Below are positions 36,959 through 46,188 of a stretch of 64,000 bases of DNA, in pieces. The stretch is from a virus, in the IMG/VR virus record IMGVR_UViG_3300021137_000010, positions 6,607 through 70,606 of that record; one strand, given 5' to 3'. The translations under genes and the position numbers were made by a program. The stretch's first letter is position 1; every line of letters starts with the position of its first letter. The notes under the pieces are model-generated. The model was not told where the DNA came from and did not search any database. It worked only from the letters and a program-made list of their open reading frames with translations.

Positions 36959-38269
36959 TTAGGTCAATCCCAACAAGTCGTCCAACGATACCTTACTCGA
37001 TGCGACTTCGCGTTGAGGGCGGTCGAATCCACCCTTTTGAGCCATATTTGTAATACGCAGCGATTTCGCATCCCAACCAATGTTAACAATACTGCCTACC
37101 CCACCCGAACTGCGAGTTTTTAGAAACTGGAATCCGATTTGTCCTGCAGCTCGCATCGCATCAGTTAGGTGAATAGCTAGAGTCCAGTCACTGCTACGAA
37201 TCTTTTCAGCTCCGCCAGCTTGGTGACTCTGATTGTAGACTTCGACTTCTGCGGCGCCTTTTGTCAACTGACTAGCAGTGAGTCCGATCATATTGTATTC
37301 ACCAAGCAAGTCGTAGAACTCTTCCGTGATAAACTTATCACGTGTTCCGATGTTCTCAGTAGACACTTTTTGGATCGGATACATCTTGTCAAGGTAGTCG
37401 AGTACAATGATATCAGGAATCCAACCCTTTTGGATTTCAACCTCTTTAATTAAGGCACGTAGGTCATTGGCTGTAGACCCAAGTCGAACTTTCTTGATCA
37501 CCATCTCACCACACTGGTCCGAAATTCCATTAAGAGCAGCAGCGGCCAGCTCTGGATGACGGGCGAGTTCTAGCGAGCTCTTACCCGATACTACCATCTG
37601 CGCGCGTTTATCTATCATCTCTTCACTCAATTCGAGCGAAACGTATAGCGCATTTAGGAAGCTCCCATCAAGCCCGCGCTCCTTGAGCATATTTAAACCG
37701 AAGTTTAAAATAGATACGCTCTTCCCACCACCTGAAATAGCAAGCACTAGCATCATTTCGCCACGAGCTGGACCGCCATCCATTCGTTTATCGAGCTCAG
37801 GATAACCAGTTGAATACCGAACTGAATTCTCTGTAGCTCCTTGCCGAGCTTCAGGATTTTCGAAGAATGATATGCCAATATTACTATCAACCTTGATTGA
37901 AATTGCTGCACGCACCAAATGCTCTAGTTGATCGTACTGCTCCTCCATAATCAACGACGCAGACTGCTCCAGAATGATATTACGGAGAGCGCTTTGTCTA
38001 CAAAATGTTTCGATTTGGTCTTGGGTGTATTTGACCTCGTCCCCTAGCAATGCTTTAACTTTTTTGAGCTTCGTCTTAGTCTCTGACTCGATGATGTCAC
38101 CAGATGGGATTCCATTATACTTGCTGTGATACACTTTAACAAATGTAATTGCTTTACGAAATTGAGGATCGAAGTACTCTGGTTGAATGATTGGAAGAGT
38201 TTTTGTGAATAGCTTAGCATCTGCTACCCACAAAGATAGGAGCATTTCTTGTTGTTTGGTGTCAAGCAT
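36959..38269 (-). CDS. dnaB: DnaB/gp41-like helicase
   Basis: STGYPELD, AISGGGKS, YVSLEL, VLDYLD, TASQL, LKTR. Confidence 0.88.
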   Translation of the reverse strand: MLDTKQQEMLLSLWVADAKLFTKTLPIIQPEYFDPQFRKAITFVKVYHSKYNGIPSGDIIESETKTKLKKVKALLGDEVKYTQDQIETFCRQSALRNIILEQSASLIMEEQYDQLEHLVRAAISIKVDSNIGISFFENPEARQGATENSVRYSTGYPELDKRMDGGPARGEMMLVLAISGGGKSVSILNFGLNMLKERGLDGSFLNALYVSLELSEEMIDKRAQMVVSGKSSLELARHPELAAAALNGISDQCGEMVIKKVRLGSTANDLRALIKEVEIQKGWIPDIIVLDYLDKMYPIQKVSTENIGTRDKFITEEFYDLLGEYNMIGLTASQLTKGAAEVEVYNQSHQAGGAEKIRSSDWTLAIHLTDAMRAAGQIGFQFLKTRSSGGVGSIVNIGWDAKSLRITNMAQKGGFDRPQREVASSKVSLDDLLGLT

Positions 38270-39205
38270 TTAGTAGATTGTGTACGGTTTACGTAGTTGT
38301 TCAATGATAGACGAGTTTGCAATAATAAGCTGCGTGTTGTCAACGACGATGTCCCCCAAACGCACAGTGGAATTGCGGATGATTTTATCAGCGACAATAT
38401 CAATTGCAGCTAGTTTTTGAGATACTGCCAATGGGAGCACGATAGTCGGTAAATTAGCACCAGACAATTGAAGGGCATTTCCCTTTTGTAGAGTATACGA
38501 CGGGAGAGTAACAGAGTACAGAAAGTACGGCTTTTCGATAGCGAGTACTTTATACCGAGCCCATAGTGTGCCACCAACAGGAGTAGCTGCAGACATAGGT
38601 TGGTAATGATTAACAAAGGTAAGAGTCTCTGTACTCATATCTTTCGAGTGGAGTGTTTTATATAGTAGTGTAGCAACAAACGTTGGGGCGTTGATATCTG
38701 CTGCAATTGTCATGATGTTAGACGTTAACAGATTTGGTGCTGACCAGGCGGCTGTATTAGCATATAACACAGGTGGGTTAAATTGATTATCGGTTATAAC
38801 AGCTACGCCAGTTTGGGGAGTTAGCAAATCAATCACAACAGTATCATTAGTTTGAGAAACGATAACGAAGTTGGTAGTTTTTACATGCGCAATGCTGGTA
38901 GCGGTAACAACTTCCACAAATATCTCAACAACAAGGGCACCAACGTGACCAAAGTTGTGGATCGCAGTAAGGTTGCGAAGTTTTGAAAATGAAGTTTTGA
39001 ACACAACCGGTGTCTGGCGCCAAGTAAGGGCACTGCGGGTCGATACTTCGGCATTTTGGTCAATCGTTAGTATTCCAGCACAGTTGGGAGTAAAGGTACA
39101 TCGATTAAAAAACGTAACTGCTCCTGGTACTACTGCTTTATGATCAGCTTTTGCACAAATACTACATTTGAAGATTTTATTGATATTTGTACGTTTGTTG
39201 CTCAT
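38270..39205 (-). CDS. hypothetical protein with N-terminal zinc finger
   Basis: CSIC...CTFTPNC. Confidence 0.65.
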   Translation of the reverse strand: MSNKRTNINKIFKCSICAKADHKAVVPGAVTFFNRCTFTPNCAGILTIDQNAEVSTRSALTWRQTPVVFKTSFSKLRNLTAIHNFGHVGALVVEIFVEVVTATSIAHVKTTNFVIVSQTNDTVVIDLLTPQTGVAVITDNQFNPPVLYANTAAWSAPNLLTSNIMTIAADINAPTFVATLLYKTLHSKDMSTETLTFVNHYQPMSAATPVGGTLWARYKVLAIEKPYFLYSVTLPSYTLQKGNALQLSGANLPTIVLPLAVSQKLAAIDIVADKIIRNSTVRLGDIVVDNTQLIIANSSIIEQLRKPYTIY

Positions 39206-39687
39206 GTTAATTCATCTAATAGTTGACAGAACTTGGGATAAGCCGCTGTTCGTATAGCTACGTATTTATTGACCCCAAACACATGAATCGGAATCTTTTT
39301 GTCAGTAGCTTGGCGAATATCAACCACTTGACTAAATCGATCAGTGATAACTTGCTCGAGTAGATGAGCATCGAGGGCGTTTGCTACAGGGTCAGTACGT
39401 TCGAATACAGTTGGGCGCCAGTCGTACCCATTGAAAGGTAACACATACACACTAGATTGTGACGATTGCCAATCAATCTCGATTGATCTGCATAATACTC
39501 CCTTTATTCCGACTAACTTCTCGATTATAGTTTCCGTAGGAGAATATGTATAGTCACGGTGCCGCACTTTGACGATCGACATTACTTTTGCGTTAGGTGG
39601 GCGGCTCTTTATTAAACACAGTTCTTCACGGAGTACCTTGCTGCAGTGTTCTTTAATAAAGTTTCGTTGAGGTTGCGTTAAGTACAC
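39202..39687 (-). CDS. hypothetical protein
   Basis: GTG start; TAAATA at 39710-39715. Confidence 0.6.
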   Translation of the reverse strand: MYLTQPQRNFIKEHCSKVLREELCLIKSRPPNAKVMSIVKVRHRDYTYSPTETIIEKLVGIKGVLCRSIEIDWQSSQSSVYVLPFNGYDWRPTVFERTDPVANALDAHLLEQVITDRFSQVVDIRQATDKKIPIHVFGVNKYVAIRTAAYPKFCQLLDELT

Positions 39688-39743
39688 AGCGTAAATGAAT
39701 GATGTGACTTATTTAGCGCTGACGAACGTGTATACTAAATACT

Positions 39744-39907
39744 GTCGTCGGATAGACGTATCAGTCAGTATCCCGAACTCGACACAGATGGTTTCAGTAC
39801 TTTGTACATTCAGTTTCAGACCGATCGAACGCCTCTAAGTTTCCGTCGGCATCGTCTTATTATGTATGCAACTAGTGTTAACCGGATGTACGGGTGGATC
39901 ACTTGCA
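39744..39907 (+). ncRNA. candidate late structured ncRNA
   Basis: stretch with no ORF-track call between two TAAATA promoters; pseudoknot-like pairings. Confidence 0.4.
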
Positions 39908-39941
39908 GCATAAATAGTGCACACATACTTTACTTACCCAT

Positions 39942-41477
39942 ATGAAGTTCTCACAATACTTGTACGAAGGCATACGAACTGCGGATTTTGCAAAAGCTGT
40001 TGGCTCAATTGTTCAGTACATCGAAAAACAAATTGGTACACTGTACCGCTATCCAGAGATCGAGCACTACAAAGGCTCACAAGGTAGCGGCATCGGTCTA
40101 CGGTATTTTACTCAGGACGGTAGTAGCATTCGGTTCAACTGGACGTCAACAGCAGCTTCTTCGAAGCTTGATTCAATTTCGCTTTGGAACGGATCAACTA
40201 AGTATCCTAATTTCCAAATCCGTGGCATCGACGACGTGCCGCTCGGTCAACTATCGCTTGCAAAAATCTTACCAACGCTAATCCAGACGTTGAAAAATCC
40301 AAAAGTAGGTGAAGTTGAACTGTCGACACAAGAAAGCGCTGACGTACTCGATGATCTCGATAAAGCACTACTAGAGGGTGTACTGAAGGAAGATGCGTAC
40401 GAGGACGTGATCGATGCATTAGATGCCGGCCCAGTATCCGGTTACACATTCTCCAAGATGGGACGCAACCAAGACCGTATTTTCCAGAAGATTTTGTCAA
40501 CCTACAAAAATTCATTTGATGTTAAGACTGATGGTGCTGGACGGGCAAAGTACACATTTAAAGATGATGCTAACGAGATTGACAGAGAAACTATCGTCGG
40601 AGCTGTGATGAGTGGCCAAGCACGTAGTGCTCGTCTTGGGTTGAATGTAACTGCTGGTGGCGAAGAAACGATTACTACTGATGGTGAGCTCGCAGCACAA
40701 AAGCAGTATCCGGCTGCACCAGCGCGTGTACCGTACGAAGAACAGTTAGACGATATGAAGACGATTATCAATGCTGTTGTCAAAGGTGCATCAAATTTTG
40801 CTGTTATCTTGGGAGCTGGTGGACTGGGTAAGACTCACACCGTTGAAGAAACATTAGGGGATCTGGGATTAGAAGACGGCAACGGATACTTCAAGAACAC
40901 ATCCAGCGGTTCTGCAGCAGGTTTATATAAAACATTGTTTATGAACCGCAAGGGCATCGTGGTGCTAGACGACTGCGACACGATTGTTGCCACACAAGAA
41001 GGCCGCAACTTGATGAAAGCTGCGCTCGATACCAAGAAGAAGCGTAAATTAACTTGGTCCAAGCACGCATCGTGGTTATTTGACCCAGCAAATCAAGAAG
41101 AGATGGCCAAGACAGAAGATTCGATTGCAGTTGGCGAAGAGCCAGAGATGTTTCCGAAGTATTACGACTTCGAAGGTCGTGTCATTATGATTAGTAATCT
41201 ATCAGCAGACACGCTAGATCCAGACGGAGCCCTTGCTACACGTGGGTTTATTCTTACCCTGGATCCAACCAAGGATGAGGTGTTTGCGTTCATGCGCAAG
41301 ATTGCACCAAAGATTCCAGTCGAAGGGCGCCAATTGACCGATGCAGAGCGCAACGAAGTCGTTGACATGATTGAGAAACAACCAGGCACTGCCAACATTC
41401 GTAAGCTAGTTAGAGGGTTGAATATGTGCGCATCCGGGGTGCCGAATTGGCAGCGAATCGTCGAACGATACGTATAA
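39942..41477 (+). CDS. AAA+ ATPase with N-terminal domain
   Basis: GAGGLGKT, VVLDDCD, MKAALD, IMISN; MKFSQYLYE; late promoter at 39911. Confidence 0.85.
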   Translation: MKFSQYLYEGIRTADFAKAVGSIVQYIEKQIGTLYRYPEIEHYKGSQGSGIGLRYFTQDGSSIRFNWTSTAASSKLDSISLWNGSTKYPNFQIRGIDDVPLGQLSLAKILPTLIQTLKNPKVGEVELSTQESADVLDDLDKALLEGVLKEDAYEDVIDALDAGPVSGYTFSKMGRNQDRIFQKILSTYKNSFDVKTDGAGRAKYTFKDDANEIDRETIVGAVMSGQARSARLGLNVTAGGEETITTDGELAAQKQYPAAPARVPYEEQLDDMKTIINAVVKGASNFAVILGAGGLGKTHTVEETLGDLGLEDGNGYFKNTSSGSAAGLYKTLFMNRKGIVVLDDCDTIVATQEGRNLMKAALDTKKKRKLTWSKHASWLFDPANQEEMAKTEDSIAVGEEPEMFPKYYDFEGRVIMISNLSADTLDPDGALATRGFILTLDPTKDEVFAFMRKIAPKIPVEGRQLTDAERNEVVDMIEKQPGTANIRKLVRGLNMCASGVPNWQRIVERYV

Positions 41478-41480
41478 AGA

Positions 41481-41504
41481 AAAGGGCCTCACAGGGCCCT
41501 TTTT
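41481..41504 (+). terminator. intrinsic terminator
   Basis: AAAGGGCC-TCACAG-GGCCCTTTTT. Confidence 0.7.
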
Positions 41505-41602
41505 GTTGAGCCACCCTGCAGGTAAGTTCGCATAAATAGAGGTGTGAGCCACGATGTACCACCATCTGCTCACTCTAACAGTCGAGAAAGGACTAATCAG
41601 CA

Positions 41603-42532
41603 ATGCGTATTTACACGATTTATATGGCCACCAATATGGTCAACAACAAAAGGTATATTGGATTCGATTCCGCTTGGCCCAATCGACAAAAAGACCACCT
41701 TAAAAAAGCGTTCGGTAAGTATAACCAACAAAATAAGTATTACTTTCACAGAGCTATTCAAAAACACGGTAGAGATAACTTCGAATGGACTGTGTTATAC
41801 CAAAACCTCGATGGGGAACATACGAAGAATGTTATGGAGAACCACTTCATTGCAGAATATCGCACGTTTCGTGGGTTCGAAGACTGCAATGGATACAACC
41901 TATCACTTGGTGGGGATGGGAACTTGGGTCGAAGACATTCAGCAGAAGCAGTAGCCAAGGTGAGCCAGAGTAAGACTGGGAAACTAACAGCCCGGTCAAG
42001 ACCAGTTACCACACCGTACGGAACATTTGATAGCTTGGCTGCAGCGACGATGGTTACTACACAGCACGGAATATCAAAAGGAATGATGTACGTACGACTA
42101 CGTAGTTCATAGTTTCCGGAGTGGAGTTTCGTAGATACGCCGAAACATACTCCTGTTGCGAAACAACGAAGACAACGCACCAAACCGTTGCCGAGACAAC
42201 AACGGGCTGTAACTACACCAGAAGGTAGCTTTGAGAGTGTCAAAGCAGCAGAAGTAACAACAGGTACGTCAATGCAAACAATTCGATGGCGAATACATAG
42301 TGTGAATTATCCAGATTGGTATTATAGCGAACCAGCTACACACAAACTAACAACTTCCAACCCAAAACGGCTTACTGTACGGACCGAGTCCGTACAAACC
42401 CCGATTGGTACATTTTTTGGATTAGAAGCTGCATCAGTAGCGACCGGATTGCAAACTGGGACTATACGTTACAAGATTAGCAGCGACAATTACCCAGAGT
42501 GGCAGTACGATAATACTGTAGTAGAAAATTAA
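41603..42532 (+). pseudogene. GIY-YIG homing endonuclease with one in-frame TAG (42110-42112)
   Basis: TIY..TN.VNNKRYIG, GYNLSLGG; three 'VTTP.G.F.S...A......RI.S..YP.W' repeats continue in frame across the stop. Confidence 0.8.
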
Positions 42533-43113
42533 GCAGTCTGCGATTTTAAAAGTTTTTTCACGTTGTAGTGGTACGTCGCAGCACCGTTTGGAGTGAGCTT
42601 CAGCTGTTCGATGAACATATTTTGCAGTTCACGCGACGTGGCTGTCGGGTTGGCTTTCACGATGTCGATAGCACGAGCTTGCTTCGACACTGGGCGAACA
42701 TAGTCTTCTTTGTGCTTAGCAGTCAGCGCTTTCACTTCGTCACGGCAACCCATTTTCCAACCGACGCGTTTACCAACCGGAATGCGTGATGAGAACACAT
42801 CAAAGTACTTTTCGGTACCAGCTTGTGCAGTGCGAATAGCTTGCTGTAGAGCAATGTCTTCAGTCTTAGCGTATTGAGTGACAGCATCACGTACGAAGTT
42901 GATGAAGTACATCTTAGCTTGGAGTTCAAACTGAGTGTGAGTCAAGTCACCGGTGATTTCGAACATAGCACGTTCGTAACCAGCTTGATCACTTTCGAAA
43001 TCTTCAGCAGCAGTCACAGCACGTGTAACATTATTGACATCGATACCCTTGTCGCGAAGTTTTGTGATGACATTAAACAAGTTAGCGTCTGTGCGTGTGA
43101 TCGATGCTGTCAT
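42529..43113 (-). CDS. early hypothetical protein with C-terminal helical domain
   Basis: AAGGA RBS; promoter at 43143-43170. Confidence 0.75.
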   Translation of the reverse strand: MTASITRTDANLFNVITKLRDKGIDVNNVTRAVTAAEDFESDQAGYERAMFEITGDLTHTQFELQAKMYFINFVRDAVTQYAKTEDIALQQAIRTAQAGTEKYFDVFSSRIPVGKRVGWKMGCRDEVKALTAKHKEDYVRPVSKQARAIDIVKANPTATSRELQNMFIEQLKLTPNGAATYHYNVKKLLKSQTA

Positions 43114-43142
43114 TTAGAATCCTTTAGTAGTTGATAGGGTCT

Positions 43143-43170
43143 ATTATCCCCGTTTTTTGCCAAAAGGCAA
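43143..43170 (-). promoter_or_regulatory. sigma70-like early promoter
   Basis: TTGCCT-N16-GATAAT. Confidence 0.6.
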
Positions 43171-43184
43171 CGGGGTTTGTAAAT

Positions 43185-44003
43185 TTATTTGAAAGAAACT
43201 CGCTGAACAACAGTTTGTTGCATACCGTTGTACACCGTATGATCTTTCACTGTGAAAGCAGCAGTAGCAAACTCAGTAGAGACATCCATGTGATGGCTCG
43301 TCCACCACGTCAGCTGGTTACCGGCATTATCTTCCAGGGTAACCAGGATACGAGGAGTTTCAGTGTAACCAAACGAGCTCCAACCAATTTGAAGACTACG
43401 AACCACCCGAATCTTGGCATTTTTCACCCGTTCCCCAACTACACCGATGTGGCGGCTGTTGACAGCAGCTTCAGCTTGGCGTCGTTGCACAGCGAACACA
43501 CTCTCAGTAGATTCCAACTGACGGACGGTGAGCGAACCCCATTCCTTCAGCTGTTGCTGCATAGACAGCAGGAATCCGTTTGTACCGACATAGTCTGTCA
43601 ATGCATTCACCAGGGCAAGATGTTCATTCCTCCAGGCAGATGTGGACTCTTGACGCTCGGCTTGGCGAGCTTGGCGCTCAGCTTCCCAACGAGCTTGGCG
43701 CACTGCACGACGTTCAGTGGCTTTCACAGCACGACGTTCCCGAGCATTTTGCAGGCGAACAGCTTTGAAATTCTCAACTTCACCACCGGTCTTTGCAACA
43801 CAGTCGCAACCGACGACAAAGTTCTTACCATCCGCACTCTTGATCACAAACTCGTACAGGATACCGGTACCACAGTAGTCACAAGTACCACCGGGCTTAC
43901 GACCGAACCCAGGCATTACAAACCAGTTTTCACGGCAACCAACACAACGGAAAGGAGCGCGACCGAGACCGGCTTTTTCAAAAGGGTGGGTAGATGTTGT
44001 CAT
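43185..44003 (-). CDS. early protein: zinc finger, coiled coil, OB-fold-like C-terminus
   Basis: CDYC...GCDC; 'HIGVVGER...TVKDHTVYNGMQQTVVQRV'. Confidence 0.75.
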   Translation of the reverse strand: MTTSTHPFEKAGLGRAPFRCVGCRENWFVMPGFGRKPGGTCDYCGTGILYEFVIKSADGKNFVVGCDCVAKTGGEVENFKAVRLQNARERRAVKATERRAVRQARWEAERQARQAERQESTSAWRNEHLALVNALTDYVGTNGFLLSMQQQLKEWGSLTVRQLESTESVFAVQRRQAEAAVNSRHIGVVGERVKNAKIRVVRSLQIGWSSFGYTETPRILVTLEDNAGNQLTWWTSHHMDVSTEFATAAFTVKDHTVYNGMQQTVVQRVSFK

Positions 44004-44010
44004 TTCGTGT

Positions 44011-44297
44011 TCCTTTGTTTGTTGAGTCAATTATCTACCCTAATTCAGTTAAGGTCAACAGGTTACCCACAAGTTGTTGCACCAATTTCCCACAGTCCAT
44101 TCTTGATGGTCAGACGAGTCCAGTACGTGAACTTTCTATTACCAAACTTGCGTTGGTACTTTTTCAGCAGGCGTTCAGCAGTACGGTAGTCTCCCACGTT
44201 GATAGCTTCACTAATGTGATGGCTTGCTGTAGTGATCTTCATTTCAGGTCCTTTGTTTGTTGAGTCGATTATCTACCCTAATTCAGTTAAAGTCAAC
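44011..44297 (-). repeat. 49-bp direct repeats (44011-44059 and 44249-44297), each a promoter plus RBS
   Basis: 47/49 identical; TTGAC(C/T)-N17-GATAAT...ACAAAGGA. Confidence 0.9.
44063..44242 (-). CDS. 59-aa early protein between the repeats (below cutoff)
   Basis: MKITTASHHISEAINVGDYRTAERLLKKYQRKFG...; own promoter and RBS. Confidence 0.7.
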   Translation of the reverse strand: MKITTASHHISEAINVGDYRTAERLLKKYQRKFGNRKFTYWTRLTIKNGLWEIGATTCG

Positions 44298-44300
44298 GAT

Positions 44301-44879
44301 TTAACGCTTACCAGTGAACTTTGCAATGTAGTACGAAGCGTTTGCAACACTGATGTTGAGTTCTGTCGCAATACGCTTAGCAATTGCGTAATTACTCAGT
44401 GTTCCGTATGCAAACAGGCGATCAAATGTCAAACGAGCACCAGCTTGTTTGTCTGCAGGGGATTCCACTGAGTAGTGCTTAGCAGCAACAACTGTAGGAG
44501 CAGGCACGACAGCAGCGTCATCAGTCCAGTAGAAGTTGGTTCGAGACTTACCACCAACCTTCCAGGAATCATGCAGAACACCGTCGATGATCGCAAATGC
44601 GTGACCGCGCTTGAGACCATACACACGACCTTTCGGAAACTTTGTGATCAGTTGATTCAGAGTGATCTTCTCACCATCTTTGCGAGTTGCGCGATCGAGC
44701 AAGTCATAGATAATGTGGTTTTTCGTGGCGTGTCCGTCGCGGCGACCACGTTGTTTGAATATACGGTGGGCTTCGTCGTACGGAATGTCTTTGAACAGCG
44801 CATAGGCACGAACTGCACAGTCGTTGCTTTCGGCAAAACCAGAACTACGCATTCCACCATCTGTTTTAACGAACTGCAT
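44301..44879 (-). CDS. early hypothetical protein (possible Cys-His-Asp peptidase-like fold)
   Basis: NDCAVRA...GHAFAIIDG.LHDSW. Confidence 0.7.
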   Translation of the reverse strand: MQFVKTDGGMRSSGFAESNDCAVRAYALFKDIPYDEAHRIFKQRGRRDGHATKNHIIYDLLDRATRKDGEKITLNQLITKFPKGRVYGLKRGHAFAIIDGVLHDSWKVGGKSRTNFYWTDDAAVVPAPTVVAAKHYSVESPADKQAGARLTFDRLFAYGTLSNYAIAKRIATELNISVANASYYIAKFTGKR

Positions 44880-44914
44880 TTTGCTTCCTGTCTGTGCTGT
44901 TTAACGATAGGGTA

Positions 44915-44943
44915 ATTATCCCTCAGTTTGAACAAAAGGTCAA
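44915..44943 (-). promoter_or_regulatory. sigma70-like early promoter
   Basis: TTGACC-N17-GATAAT. Confidence 0.7.
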
Positions 44944-44951
44944 CGGACAAT

Positions 44952-44978
44952 GAAAAACCCGGCCAGGCCGGGTTTTTC
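44952..44978. terminator. bidirectional terminator after rIIB
   Basis: GAAAAACCCGGC-CAG-GCCGGGTTTTTC. Confidence 0.8.
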
Positions 44979-44984
44979 ATTCTG

Positions 44985-46166
44985 TTATACAGATGCGAGC
45001 TTTTCTAAGGTTGCACGATCCGTAAGCGACATCAATCGCTTAATACCAGTTGCCTTATCCCGGAAGTGGTCGAGTTGGTTAATCGCCATTTGGTTCCACA
45101 TCGCAACTAATTGCGTATTTGTAAACTTTTGCAAAGTGAGAGCTAGATTAGCATCAGTCATTTTGCCAGCAAAGCTACTTTGGACTGCATGAGCAAACGT
45201 TGCGTTGCCTCCAGCTGCCACAGGATTTGGCCACGTACTCGGCACAGGTGCTGCTGGAGTGCCAGTTGCAATAGATGCACGAGCAGCAGACACGTCAGCA
45301 GCAGTATACGCTGGTGTGTGCATAGAGGGGGCCACAACAGAGGTAGTCAGAGTGGTGCGATACGCAGTGGACGATACGACTGCAGGACCTTGGGATAACA
45401 CAGGACCCTTAGTGACTTCTTCAGTAATTTCGCTCAGTACCTCATACTTGCAGCAGCGACCTTTAGTATCATTGTAGTTAGCAGGAATTGATACTACGTC
45501 AGCTGGATTGATTTTTAACACAACTACGCGGTTACCAGCACCAGCGGAGCCGAATTGACCGAGGTACGAGTACGAACAGAAGTGCAGACCAGTGGAACAG
45601 GTTTCACTGTCCTTGTCGTTAACTAGCACACGAGGCATTTCAACAGTCATACCGACCTTGTTTTCCATTGTACCAGAGTGGATGTCCTTCCAGTCGGCGC
45701 GAATCTTTTTGTAAGCTAGAAAGTACCCATCTTCAGTCAGTGGCATGTTACCGACTTCCAAAAACTTGTACAAGCGCTCTGCGATCGTGTTGCGAGGATT
45801 TTGATACAGATTTTCCAAGAATGCTAGGAACATCTGTAGAGGTTTTTGCTTGCCAGCACGATGCAGTTCCCCAGCTTTGGTAGCGATATATCCACTCAAT
45901 GGGAAGCCACGGTACTTGAGTGTACCACTTGCAATATCGAAGGTGACATCTTGATTACCGCGTGATACAGCATTAGGTTCGACACGTTGAGCACCCAAGC
46001 TCTTAACGATATCAATCAGTTGCATCAAGGCTCCAGCGTCATCGGTGCCACTTTCCAACTTGGAAACAATTTCCTTGAAATTAACGTGGTCGCTTGCCAC
46101 AGTATGGCCGCGACCTTTGACGAACAGAGTTGCAGAGTCAGGTTTAATGATGTATGGAATCGACAT
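44985..46166 (-). CDS. rIIB: rIIB protector from prophage-induced early lysis
   Basis: FLENLYQNP, EDGYFLAYK, MPR, CSTGLHFCS, INPADVVSIP.NY...KGR.C.YEV. Confidence 0.92.
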   Translation of the reverse strand: MSIPYIIKPDSATLFVKGRGHTVASDHVNFKEIVSKLESGTDDAGALMQLIDIVKSLGAQRVEPNAVSRGNQDVTFDIASGTLKYRGFPLSGYIATKAGELHRAGKQKPLQMFLAFLENLYQNPRNTIAERLYKFLEVGNMPLTEDGYFLAYKKIRADWKDIHSGTMENKVGMTVEMPRVLVNDKDSETCSTGLHFCSYSYLGQFGSAGAGNRVVVLKINPADVVSIPANYNDTKGRCCKYEVLSEITEEVTKGPVLSQGPAVVSSTAYRTTLTTSVVAPSMHTPAYTAADVSAARASIATGTPAAPVPSTWPNPVAAGGNATFAHAVQSSFAGKMTDANLALTLQKFTNTQLVAMWNQMAINQLDHFRDKATGIKRLMSLTDRATLEKLASV

Positions 46167-46188
46167 GAAGGTCCTTTTAAGTTAAGTG

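Noticed and set aside
43131-44189. 352-aa plus-strand ORF
   Set aside because: Antisense shadow of genes that have their own promoters and RBSs; no recognisable motif
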